Assembly (NCBI GenBank): GCA_963772165.1
Contig: CAVYWA010000022.1
Coordinates: forward strand, 2,832-66,831
DNA: 64,000 nucleotides
Source: an uncultured Bacteroidota bacterium
Lineage (GTDB): Bacteria; Bacteroidota; Ignavibacteria; UBA10030; UBA8401
Reading direction: 5' to 3'
Under the pieces are notes generated by a model. That model did no database searches and was not told the DNA's origin. It saw only the letters and a list, made by a program, of their open reading frames with translations. Shown here piece after piece: positions 46,687 through 57,236 of the stretch. The first letter of the stretch is position 1, and every line of letters begins with the position of its first letter. The position numbers were made by a program, and so were the translations under genes.

Positions 46687-47847
46687 TCAATACAAGAACA
46701 TCGGCTTGCCGAGCATGTTGATGACCTTCGGAAGATATTTGTCCTCATCATAGAGCTGGAGAACATCGACCCGTTTTAAACCTTTCGTCAATGTGTCGAT
46801 CGGCACCGTGGTATATTTTCCTTCGCGCAATGCGACCATGTTTCCGGTTTTCTTTTTCAACACAAGATCGGTTGCGAGGTTCGCGTAACTGATCGCGACC
46901 ATGCGATCAAGCGCGTCCGGCTCTCCGCTCCTCATCAAGTACGCAACTTGCTGGTAGATGATGTGGGACCCGGTGATCTTCTGAATTGCTTCGCCGGTGA
47001 TCTGTCCGATACCTCCGAGCTTCTTGTGTCCGAACGCATCCTGTTCTCCATACTCGACGATCTTTCCTGCAATCATTTGCGCCCCTTCGGAAATCGTCAT
47101 GATCGCGTAGTTGCTCGGATTGTTTTTCTTGTCTTCAACGAGGAGCTTGGCCAGTTTCTCCGGATCGAAATGAACTTCTGAGATAATCGCACGATCCACT
47201 CCCGCAAGGTACGCAGAGATCAACGACGTCTCTCCGGAATTTCTTCCAAAGAGTTCGATCACCGCAATTCGCTCATGCGAACCGGCAGATGTTCTCAGGT
47301 TCGTGATAAACTCAACGCTCCGCGTAACGGCAGTCGAAAAGCCGATGCAGTAGTCCGTGCCGAACACGTCGTTGTCCATCGTCTTAGGAATTGCGACAAC
47401 AGGGAATCCTTCTTGATGCAAACGCACGGCATAGCTTTGCGTGTCGTCTCCGCCGATGGTGATGAGCACGTCGATCTTGAGGTGTTCGAGATTTCGCAGA
47501 ATGTGCGGCGTGAAATCGGAAATCGGATCGCCGTCTTTTGGCGGACGTTTCGGATCCTGCAAAAATTTTGGAATGTCCGACCATTTCACTTTTCCGGGAT
47601 TGGTCCGTGACGTGTGAATAAACGTTCCGCCGGAACGATCGATCGTTCTTGTGTTTTGTTTCGTCAGCGGTAGCACCCACTTGTGCTGGCTTTCCTTATC
47701 GTCGGCGTTGAAGTTTAGGAGGCCGGCCCAGCCGCGGCGAAATCCGTAGACTTCTGCCCCTGCATCCGCCGCAAGGTAGACGACCGATTTGATACATGGA
47801 TTCAATCCCGGCACATCGCCGCCGCCCGTTAATATTCCGATTCGCAT
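46687..47847 (-). CDS. pfkA: 6-phosphofructokinase family (PPi-type signature)
   Basis: [40 protein letters not shown]. Confidence 0.92.
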   Translation of the reverse strand: MRIGILTGGGDVPGLNPCIKSVVYLAADAGAEVYGFRRGWAGLLNFNADDKESQHKWVLPLTKQNTRTIDRSGGTFIHTSRTNPGKVKWSDIPKFLQDPKRPPKDGDPISDFTPHILRNLEHLKIDVLITIGGDDTQSYAVRLHQEGFPVVAIPKTMDNDVFGTDYCIGFSTAVTRSVEFITNLRTSAGSHERIAVIELFGRNSGETSLISAYLAGVDRAIISEVHFDPEKLAKLLVEDKKNNPSNYAIMTISEGAQMIAGKIVEYGEQDAFGHKKLGGIGQITGEAIQKITGSHIIYQQVAYLMRSGEPDALDRMVAISYANLATDLVLKKKTGNMVALREGKYTTVPIDTLTKGLKRVDVLQLYDEDKYLPKVINMLGKPMFLY

Positions 47848-47870
47848 AGTATTCTCCTGTACGTTTTCTG

Positions 47871-48644
47871 TTAATTGAGAGAGTTAATGTCCCACTTCTT
47901 CATCGCTTCAAATGTCGCGTAGTCCGTGAGATCGTAGTGGATAGGTGTAATGGAAACTTTGTTGTTGAGCACCGCCCTTTGGTCGATATCGTCATCGTGG
48001 TCAAGTTCAAGAAGATCCCCTTTGAGCCAGAAATATTCTCTGTCGTTCGGATCTCGCCGCGATTCAAACTCATCGTTCCAAACGGATTTTCCCTGTTTCG
48101 TGATAACAATGCCTTTGATCTCCGATGCTGCGACCGGCGGCACATTCACGTTTAAAAGTGTTCCCTTCGGCAACCCCTGTTCCATAATTTTCAAAGCCAA
48201 CTTGCGGGCAAAGGCAGCGGCGTATGAAAAATCTGCTTCATCGTAGGTCGTTAGCGAAATGGCGAAAGACGGAATTCCGAGAATCGTTCCTTCAGTAGCA
48301 GCAGAGACGGTTCCTGAATAGATCACGCTGATCGCCGTATTCGAACCGTGGTTAATGCCTGAGATGACGAGGTCGGGTGGATGTGGGAGCAATGAGCGAA
48401 CCGCGAGTTTTACTGCGTCCGCAGGAGTCCCCGCGACTGCATAACCGAAGAACGCACCGTGTTTCTCCACCTTCTGGACTCGCAGAGGAGAGTTCATCGT
48501 AATAGCATGTCCGACGGCACTTTGCTGTTTATCGGGAGCAACAATCACAACATCACCGATCTTTCTAATTTCCTCCGCTAATGCATTGATGCCGGGGGCG
48601 TGGATTCCATCGTCGTTTGAAATAAGGATCAGCAATTTCTTCAT
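47871..48644 (-). CDS. surE: 5'/3'-nucleotidase SurE
   Basis: [45 protein letters not shown]. Confidence 0.97.
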   Translation of the reverse strand: MKKLLILISNDDGIHAPGINALAEEIRKIGDVVIVAPDKQQSAVGHAITMNSPLRVQKVEKHGAFFGYAVAGTPADAVKLAVRSLLPHPPDLVISGINHGSNTAISVIYSGTVSAATEGTILGIPSFAISLTTYDEADFSYAAAFARKLALKIMEQGLPKGTLLNVNVPPVAASEIKGIVITKQGKSVWNDEFESRRDPNDREYFWLKGDLLELDHDDDIDQRAVLNNKVSITPIHYDLTDYATFEAMKKWDINSLN

Positions 48645-48676
48645 CGACCTGATTAAGAGAGAAAATTTTCCTTTTG

Positions 48677-48705
48677 AATATAGTCAAAGATGGTTTTTCT
48701 ATCAA
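48677..48705 (-). promoter_or_regulatory. Putative surE promoter TTGATA-17-TATATT
   Basis: Motif match. Confidence 0.6.
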
Positions 48706-48758
48706 GGACTTTGCTGGCTTGGAACAAGTATAACGCGCCGCGCCACGTCCTCTTCGCC

Positions 48759-48787
48759 TTGACTTACCGTTAGCAATTATCTATATT
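48759..48787 (+). promoter_or_regulatory. tRNA promoter TTGACT-17-TATATT
   Basis: Motif ends 7 nt upstream of the tRNA. Confidence 0.8.
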
Positions 48788-48794
48788 AGAGGAT

Positions 48795-48867
<73 letters not shown>

Positions 48868-48872
48868 CAATG

Positions 48873-48908
48873 AAAAGGTTCTGGCTAACACCAGGACCTT
48901 TTTTATTT
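48873..48908 (+). terminator. Intrinsic terminator after tRNA-fMet
   Basis: AAAAGGTTCTGG/CCAGGACCTTTT plus T-run. Confidence 0.8.
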
Positions 48909-48920
48909 GATGGCAGATTA

Positions 48921-49052
48921 TCGGGCTCATCCCGCCGCAAGGCGGGACAGGTTCAAGTTGAAGTGCAGAGCCGAAGGCGATGCGCTGAAATCCGCCATCT
49001 TCATGGCGGATCCTGTCTACCCCGACGTTTTGTGTCGGGGTCCCCGCTACAA
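48921..49052 (+). pseudogene. Fragmented echo of the tRNA-fMet 3' half interrupted by GC-rich hairpins
   Basis: TCGGGCTCAT..ACAGGTTCAAGT..TCCTGTC..GTCCCCGCTACAA in the original order. Confidence 0.75.
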
Positions 49053-49064
49053 GGTCTAAAGAAG

Positions 49065-49098
49065 AAATCCCTACTGTTGAAAGACGGTAGGGATTTTT
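49065..49098 (+). terminator. Second terminator-like hairpin after the tRNA echo
   Basis: AAATCCCTAC/GTAGGGATTT plus T-run. Confidence 0.7.
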
Positions 49099-49115
49099 CC
49101 TTTTGTGGTTTAACT

Positions 49116-49285
49116 GCAACTAGTGCCGTTTCCGATATTAAATCTTGTATTATAACCGCAGAGGACGCTAAGATCACAAAGAAGTTTTTGTAAAAAGGCT
49201 AAGAAACCTTGCGTCCTTGGCGACCTTTGCGGTGAATTAGTTATTGAAAAATACAATATTTGTTTTTGGAAACAGCACTAGTTGC
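49116..49285. mobile_element. MITE-like element with 18-bp terminal inverted repeats and internal inverted 9-mer arrays
   Basis: GCAACTAGTGCCGTTTCC ... GGAAACAGCACTAGTTGC (17/18 match); no ORF of note. Confidence 0.6.
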
Positions 49286-49649
49286 GTGATTCTTTTGCTT
49301 TTTAGTTAAGCCGTTTTTCCTGCAAATTCATTGAGGACTCTTTCCGTCACATTGAGCGACTGGTTAGGCAACAACAATTACATCGGTATCTCAGGTGGTC
49401 CTTTGTGAAACCTTTCAAGTGTACCGTCTTATGTATTGACTCCCCTTTTGCGAGACCTGTGACCGGGCCATGTTCTGGATAAATTGGTCCACTTTGTAAA
49501 TCCGCAAACATTTTATCGTTCTGCCGGTTAAGAATTAGCTAATGATTTCGTGATAGATTTTTTTTATTGTATCTCTAGCTCGTGCAATAATTTATCGGTA
49601 TCTTCGTCTGTTACATAGCAGTTAATAATCAATAATAAGAGAGACCACG

Positions 49650-50567
49650 GTGAGTAATAAAAGTATTGAAGTAGTCAATTTCACAAAAAAGTTTGGCACT
49701 TTTACCGCAGTCGATAATATTTCATTTGATGTTGAAGAAGGTTCCGTTTTCGCTTTTCTCGGTCCCAACGGCGCAGGTAAAAGCACAACCATCAACACTC
49801 TTTGCACAATACAAGAAAAAACAGAAGGTGAATTACGGATAAACGGCAATGATGTAACACATCAAAAAGACAGCGTTCGAAAGGATATCGGTATTGTCTT
49901 TCAGGAATCGACGCTGGATGGTAAGCTGACAGTTGATGAAAACCTAAGATTGCATTGCGATTTTTACAAAGTACCGAAAGAAAAGGTTAATGAGCGAATC
50001 AATTTTGCGCTTAACCTTGTCGATCTTGCCGATTGGAAAAAAGCTCCGGTCGAGAGCCTTTCAGGTGGAATGAAAAGAAGAGTAGAAATTGCCCGCGGTG
50101 TTGTTCATTTCCCAAAGATTCTTTTTTTAGATGAACCTACAACGGGCCTCGATCCGCAAACACGCGCAAACGTTTGGGATTATATTCTGAAACTCCAAAA
50201 GCAGGAACAGATCACGATTTTTCTCACGACCCATTACATGGATGAAGCTGAAATATGCAATAAGGTAGCAATTATCGATCATGGGAAAATAGTCGCTCAC
50301 GACACACCATATAATCTTAAAAAGAAATACACGACCACAACGATGAAGATCAAAACATCTCACGGAGATGATTTTGCAAAATACATCACAGAACATAAAC
50401 TTAAATATCAACGAGAGAACGACTCCTTTGTCGTTCGCGTAACAACAATAGATGATGTTTTTGAAATCACGTCACTATTCAGAGAATCGATCGAAGACAT
50501 CGAGATCAATAAAGGAACTTTGAATGAGGTATTTATTGCGATTACCGGCAAGGAGATTAGAGGATGA
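49650..50567 (+). CDS. ABC transporter ATP-binding protein (DrrA-like exporter)
   Basis: GPNGAGKST, LSGGMKRR, FLDEPTTGLDP, TTHYMDEAE. Confidence 0.95.
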   Translation: MSNKSIEVVNFTKKFGTFTAVDNISFDVEEGSVFAFLGPNGAGKSTTINTLCTIQEKTEGELRINGNDVTHQKDSVRKDIGIVFQESTLDGKLTVDENLRLHCDFYKVPKEKVNERINFALNLVDLADWKKAPVESLSGGMKRRVEIARGVVHFPKILFLDEPTTGLDPQTRANVWDYILKLQKQEQITIFLTTHYMDEAEICNKVAIIDHGKIVAHDTPYNLKKKYTTTTMKIKTSHGDDFAKYITEHKLKYQRENDSFVVRVTTIDDVFEITSLFRESIEDIEINKGTLNEVFIAITGKEIRG

Positions 50568-51394
50568 TCCGTTCAATTAAAGCGATTATTATGCGAAACC
50601 TGATGAAGTTTGTACGGGATAAGATACGATTATTCGCTACTCTTCTCATGTCCGGCCTTTTTTTGTTTATCTTTTCCTTCGCAACCAAATCGATTGGGAT
50701 TAATTTAGCTCACCCGATGAATTATCTGATCTCGGGAATCATCATCATGACGGTGTTTCAAACGTCACTTAATAATTCCATGAGTATTCTGGAAGATATT
50801 TCCAGCGGCTTTATGAGAGAAATTCTTGTTGCTCCTATTGCGCGGTGGCACATTGCCACGGGACAAGTCTTCTCATCCATGATCATCTCCACGCTTCAAG
50901 GGTTGATCATTATTGTCGTCGGAATCTTTATTGGGCTCGATGTTGACTTCATCCATGGCATTCTTATGATTGCGTTGATGTGTTTGGTAGGATTAACATT
51001 CAGCTCACTCGGTTTGTATCTGGCATCCATCACAAAAGAATCGACGAACTTTCAAATGATTGTTTCTGCGCTTGCCCTCCCGTTGACTTTTTTGTCCGGC
51101 GCATATATTCCAACAATGGCGCTTCCAAAAATTGTGACTCCTATTGTTTATCTGAATCCACTCACCTATACAACTTCGGCATTCCGGTACGTTTCTCTGC
51201 ACCTGGAAAATCAATCCACAGCAGAGCTTGTCGCATCGGGCGTTGAATTCAATATAAACGGTTTTATTATGACGCCGGCAATTGATGTTTTACTTATCGT
51301 GGCAATGGGCGCTATCTTTTTCACATTATGCGTGAGAAAGTTCAGTGATGCGGATTTTTCGAGGGTAAAAGTTTTTAAGCGGGGACGGCGATAA
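50564..51394 (+). CDS. ABC-2 type permease
   Basis: Six TM helices; GFMREILVAP, FLSGAYIP, LNPLTY. Confidence 0.92.
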   Translation: MIRSIKAIIMRNLMKFVRDKIRLFATLLMSGLFLFIFSFATKSIGINLAHPMNYLISGIIIMTVFQTSLNNSMSILEDISSGFMREILVAPIARWHIATGQVFSSMIISTLQGLIIIVVGIFIGLDVDFIHGILMIALMCLVGLTFSSLGLYLASITKESTNFQMIVSALALPLTFLSGAYIPTMALPKIVTPIVYLNPLTYTTSAFRYVSLHLENQSTAELVASGVEFNINGFIMTPAIDVLLIVAMGAIFFTLCVRKFSDADFSRVKVFKRGRR

Positions 51395-51434
51395 GCGAAT
51401 TAATGAAGAAGAACAATTTACAATGAGCTAACGT

Positions 51435-51470
51435 ACCTGCCCTGAAGCAAATCGGGCAGGTTTATTTTAT
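51435..51470 (+). terminator. Intrinsic terminator
   Basis: ACCTGCCC/GGGCAGGT plus TTATTTTAT. Confidence 0.75.
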
Positions 51471-51949
51471 TAAATGATTGTACGATAGTCACAACTGCCA
51501 AAAATCATTTAGCATCTCACCATTTTATCGAAAGCTTCTACGCGTTGATATCCAGGATTTTGATGTCTCATCGCAAGGGGAGTATGAGAGGATCTATTTT
51601 TTCTGATCAGGCATAATTGAGTATTAAACATCCCCCGGTAATAAGCAATGAGTGATCGAGCCGAGAATGCCCGGGCCATTGGGCCCAGCCTGCTCTTCCT
51701 CGCACACAGGACTGAAAGAGCCTGCGATGGCTCTTTTTTAGCTTGATTGTTGATCGGCTTACCGGTACATTTTTGTGTTCAGCCTACCCGGGGGAACTGG
51801 GAGAACATGACGAGAGGAGAACCCTCGGATTCGCGAACGCGATGATGAGGGTTTTTGTATTTTTATAAAGCGACGAATCCAGGCCGATGGAGATGCACGG
51901 CTGTACCTCTGATATCTCTTTTCTTCAGTTTTTATCGTAAGGGGCAAAT

Positions 51950-53479
51950 ATGAAAACTCAGAGTCTTATGGCAGCCCTTATTTTTGTTTCCTTCGCTCCA
52001 TCTTTATCCCAAACCGGCAACCCATTTCTCAACGATGACACGGTTACAGCGGGAAATTTCGACGATTGCCATCCCGCATTGCATCGAAACATGTATTTGG
52101 TCGGCATGACTGTGAATCAATGGCTTGTCTTCGAACGCCGCTCTGATTCTATCTCTATGATTGCCGCAAAGAAATGCCTGCAACCGTCGGCATCATGGGA
52201 TACTTCGGTTGCCGTCATCTCATCGAGCCCCATCGAGGAAGACGAACAGCTACCAGATATTTCGGCCTCTTATTATCCGTCCCTTGGACATCCAAACATG
52301 TACACCGTCGTTGCATGGCAGCAACAAAAGAATCTCGTTTGGAATATCTATTGTTCAGCTCAGCGAGGAGATTCCTTGGCCTGGGACCCAGCTGTTCCAT
52401 TGACGAATGACTCGATTAGTTGCACGAATGCTCGTGTAGTAGCGTATAATGATTCCGTTTTTATTCTAACCTGGAAAAGAGGGAACGCCGTTCTTTTCGA
52501 GTTCATAACTCATTCACCTTCCTCCTCCCCAATGAGATTCTCAACGCCGGACACGCTTGCCATTTCTAATGACGATTCGCTCGACTATGATATCAGCTTA
52601 TACAGTCCGAGTGGATTCGCCGTCTGGACAGAACGGGACAGCAGCGGTTGCAGAATATTCCTTTTACGGCAATTCAACACCTATCCTATTTTTTCACTTG
52701 CGCCACCTGAAACATTATCGATCAGGGGGAATATCTCCAACCCGCAATTCGTCGGGGGCGATGGTTATTCCTCATTTTTTTTGTACGATTTGGCGGTCAA
52801 TAATCTGCACCAGATTCATTTCTGGAATGGCTTCTCGGATACAAATATCTCGCAGGATTCCGCTTCAGACTGCCGAAATGCGCGTGCCCTTATTTCGCCG
52901 AAGGTAATCGGGAAAACCGACCAAACCCTTAACAAGGAGTCTTCCATAGCATTCGATGTATTTACAATGGAGAAAAACAGATGGGGAGACTCCCTCTTAT
53001 TCTTCCGAGGAGATTTCGTCACAAGCGATAGCATCAAGAGTGTCGGCTATAATCGGAACGCATGCATCAGTTCGACTATGTACTATCTTCCACAGGGCAG
53101 CGGATATGCGGTGCCATTCGTGTGGGAAAGCAACCGGGACGGCAGGTCTCACCTTTACTCCCGTTTGGTGGCTGTCGATATAGGCCAAGAGGTGAAAGAT
53201 AGAGGAAACAGGATCAGCAGTTTTGAACTTGACCAGAACTTCCCCAACCCGTTCAATCCATCGACAGTCATCAGTTATCAATTGCCAGCGAACACTCTTG
53301 TCACACTGAAAGTGTATGATGAACTGGGACGGCTTGTAAGAACATTAGTCAATGATCGTCAGACCGCCGGCACTCACTCGGTTACTTTTAACGCGAGCAA
53401 CCTGTCCAGCGGGGTCTATTTCTATAGACTTACTGCGGGAAGTTATGTCCAGACGAAGAAATTGATGCTGTTGAAATGA
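51950..53479 (+). CDS. Secreted protein with C-terminal secretion (Por/T9SS-type) domain
   Basis: Signal peptide; beta-rich body; QNFPNPFNPST..LSSGVYFYRL..KKLMLLK. Confidence 0.85.
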   Translation: MKTQSLMAALIFVSFAPSLSQTGNPFLNDDTVTAGNFDDCHPALHRNMYLVGMTVNQWLVFERRSDSISMIAAKKCLQPSASWDTSVAVISSSPIEEDEQLPDISASYYPSLGHPNMYTVVAWQQQKNLVWNIYCSAQRGDSLAWDPAVPLTNDSISCTNARVVAYNDSVFILTWKRGNAVLFEFITHSPSSSPMRFSTPDTLAISNDDSLDYDISLYSPSGFAVWTERDSSGCRIFLLRQFNTYPIFSLAPPETLSIRGNISNPQFVGGDGYSSFFLYDLAVNNLHQIHFWNGFSDTNISQDSASDCRNARALISPKVIGKTDQTLNKESSIAFDVFTMEKNRWGDSLLFFRGDFVTSDSIKSVGYNRNACISSTMYYLPQGSGYAVPFVWESNRDGRSHLYSRLVAVDIGQEVKDRGNRISSFELDQNFPNPFNPSTVISYQLPANTLVTLKVYDELGRLVRTLVNDRQTAGTHSVTFNASNLSSGVYFYRLTAGSYVQTKKLMLLK

Positions 53480-53567
53480 CTAACCGCTTGAAACGACTTG
53501 CGGCTACAGACGACTCTTGGCTTTACACAATAAAAAGCAGCATCAAAGACAGTAGAAAGATACAACC

Positions 53568-55767
53568 ATGAAAAAGGTTTATGTGGCTCTCCTTGGCCAA
53601 TTCATATTGATTCCAACACTGTTGAGTGCGCAGTGGCAATTGCGGTATCCATCAGTTGCGCCGTCGAGCATAACAGATATTGTCTTCGTGTCGGATAGAG
53701 TCGGATTCTGTTCGACAATCGATGCTGCTATTTATAGAACTACAGATAGAGGTGTAACATGGATGGAACTTGTCCGGAAAGAAAGGAAGTGTATTCACAG
53801 CATTGTATTTTCAGACACGCTGAACGGCGTTGCAGTCCTGCCGTACAGCTATATTGGGGATACACTAAACATATTGCAGACTTCCGATGGCGGGGAAACG
53901 TGGACCGAACGATTTATTGCGGTATTCAATGAGTTTGCGATGTCGCAAACGACAAATAGGCTTTTCTCAGTTCACCCGGGCCTATGGTTGATGTCATCAT
54001 ACACGGGGGGAATCAGAATTAGCGCCGACCTGTTCCATTGGGACGAAGTATTCAAATTTGGAGGGTTTGTTGCTGGAGACGTGGGAGAGCCGGTTGCAGT
54101 GACAACATCGTTTGTGAAGCTCCAAAATAGTCGCATGCTGGCACTCTCGAATAAGTACGATTTTCAAAGGTACATGGGGATCACCGATTCTGTCTCTCTT
54201 ATTCTAACGACCGACACATCATGTACTCACTGGGACACATTGTGGGTTGGAGCTGATGTTCCGCTCTACTCAATGTGCTTTACAGACACGTTAAAAGGTT
54301 GGGCGGTGGGGGACTTAGGCACGATCATGAAAACATATGACGGCGGGCGCAGCTGGAGCAGGATCTATCGCGATTCATCCGTAAACCTGAGATATGTTAC
54401 GGCCGTCGATTCGCTCCACATTTTTGCCCTGGCTGATCAGGTACAGGATCCTGAATTCAACTGACGGTGGAAAATCCTGGAATGCCGGATCCGCAGATTT
54501 GAGCAGGTTTTTTCCGAAAGCAGTATTTATCGATAAATACACCGGATTCCTGACTGCAAACTCCGGCCTTCCATGGAAGACGATTGATGGAGGGATGACG
54601 TGGAATGAGCAAGTGCAAAATATTGCCGGCTCCATTTCACACCTTAAGTTTGTGTCGTTGACTTGTGGATTTGCCATTGCTTCAGGGAAAATGTTTAAAA
54701 CATCGGACGGTGGATCAACATGGCTGGGGTTGGACACTGCCAGATTCTCAAACATGATTTCCTTTGACATGATTGACTCACTCTATGGCTGGGCCACAGA
54801 CATCAATACCGCATACAAAACAACTGATGGGGGCTCAACATGGAATGCGGGCTTCATTGGCCGGGGAATTTCAATCTATCGAGGAGTCAATTTCTACGAC
54901 GGAAGGCTCGGCGTAATTGCCGAGGCCAGGAACAATAACAACGATGCGTCGAACTATATTACTGTTGATAGCGGGAAAACCTGGACAGGATATACGATGC
55001 CTGGGTCTGTCTCTTCGTATTCAAAAGTTCAGTTCACCGATTACCAGCATGGATGGCTCGTCGAGCAGGGCGGGGTCTGGAGGACGGTCGATACGGGAAA
55101 AACATGGGCCAAGATATATTGGGATTCAACGTATTATATTCCCTGGGGATTTGATTTTGTTGACTCTCTTCATGGTTGGTACGTCAACGATAAAGCAAGA
55201 TTTACTTCCGACGGCGGTAACACGTGGAGTTCTTCACCCTTACCGTATGGGGAAGAAATCGAGGATGTGCATTTCATATCCTTGAAAAAAGGATTTGCGG
55301 TCGGATACTACGGTTCAATCTTCAGCACAACCGATGGCGGTTGGACATGGCAATCAGATAGTCACAATTCAAGTGTGCCTTTGTTTTCAATATCAGAAGT
55401 TCGTGACAACAACGTTTCGAATCTGTGGGTCGGAGGAGACTCGTTCGTCGTGGAATATATGAACACAGCAACAACTCGCGCAGAAATAGTGCACTCTCTT
55501 CCAAAGCAATTTTTATTGAATCAAAATTATCCCAACCCATTCAATCCCTCAACAATTATTAGTTACCAGTTACCGACAAACGGTTTTGTGACATTGGAAC
55601 TCTTCGACATACTTGGCCGGCAAGTAAAAACATTGGTCAACGAACGCCAGACTGCCGGCACTCACTCGGTTACTTTTAACGCGAGCAACCTGTCCAGCGG
55701 GGTCTATTTCTATAGACTTACTGCGGGAAGTTATGTCCAGACGAAGAAATTGATGCTAATCAAATAA
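53568..55767 (+). CDS. YCF48/BNR (Asp-box) repeat beta-propeller protein with secretion CTD; frameshift near 54440
   Basis: Many T.DGG.TW repeats across two ORFs; QNYPNPFNPST CTD. Confidence 0.85.
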
Positions 55768-55810
55768 TGTCGTACTACAGTTTTCTCCGTAACAAAAAAA
55801 TTATTCGATT

Positions 55811-57040
55811 ATGAAATCGAAAGATATTATCCTTTGTTTTTCACTCTGTTGCTTTTTCGGATGTGCTAAGAAGAGTGATGGAATAACCTCTCCCTCTGTA
55901 CCAACAACAGATACCGTCCAACATGTAATCAGACCTCAACACGACATCCCGTGGGGTTCTTTGGCACAATCGGCATGGCCCAAAGCCCTTCACGATGCTC
56001 AATGTACAGGAAGAAGTTCATTCCCTGGACCCGTAAAAGGGCAAGTCAAATACACGATCCCGATGAGTCAATATACAACTGATATGGTGACCGCCACGGA
56101 TAGCGTGTTCTATATTGCATCGGATTCTACCTTGTATGCGATCACGCTCAATGGGACGCATCTCTGGAACATCTTTATAGGAAATTATCTGCCGAATGAT
56201 AGCCCGCCAATGGCCGATGCGAACGGTATCATCTATGTCGGCGTACATGATGGTATCTCTGCATTTCGCAACAATGGCGCTCTTATCTGGCACGCTTAGC
56301 TCGATGGCGAAATATATCTTAAGTCGTGCGCTATCGGTCTCGATGGGACTATCTATACCACTTCAGAAAATGGGACACTGTATGCGATTAACCAATCAGG
56401 AAAAATTCTTTGGCAACGTACCGCACCAATGGGGCAATTCAAATGGGATGCTGGAGAAACTATTAGTTTTGCTCCCGATGGGAGCCGCTTTTATGTCGGA
56501 GGAAGCACAGCGCAACAATCCTTATATGCGCTGAGCACAAGCGGTGAAATACTGCAATCAGATTCACTGGGCGCCAGCCAGGGTGGAGCGATTAGTGTTG
56601 ATGTTGACGGAAATATTTATTCTTACTTTGGAAATTATCTGATGTCCGTTTCACCCTCGGGGGTTGTGCGCTGGCGAATTGCTGCCGAACCGAATTGGAA
56701 TGTGATAATTGATCCCAATGGCAACATTGCATATTTATCGAATGACAGTTTAACTTCGGTAGATAACGCCGGACTAAAACGTTGGAGCGTCCCAGTGCGT
56801 TCACTTGATTTCATAACGCACCTTGTGTGCGACGCTCAAGGAACCATTTTTATAGAAACCTCCGATGATTTTCAAAATTACGACGTGCAGGCAATCAGCA
56901 GCACAGGAACCGTACAATGGTCGGTGACTGTGGGAGCCTATGTTAAAGAAGCTGGTCCGAGTCTCTCTAAAGAAGGCTATCTTTTGTTCCCACATTCTGA
57001 TTATTATCCGACACCGAAACAAGTTTATGTTATTGAATAA
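55811..57040 (+). CDS. PQQ-like beta-propeller lipoprotein; frameshift near 56295
   Basis: Lipobox FFGC; WPKALHDAQCTGRS; repeated LYA...G..LW blades in two ORFs. Confidence 0.75.
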
Positions 57041-57236
57041 GACATGTTGGACTCATTATCGTCGCTTCATCAGCATTCAACTGATGATGGACTCAGCCGC
57101 GCATATTGTCTACGATTGATTTGGCTGCACGTCGCCGCAGCTTTGCTCGGCTCCGTTAGAACTCGCAAATTACTGACTTCGTTTTTACATTAGTTAATTG
57201 CAATTGCCCGAAAGATAAAGAGTGTCTTAAACTTCG

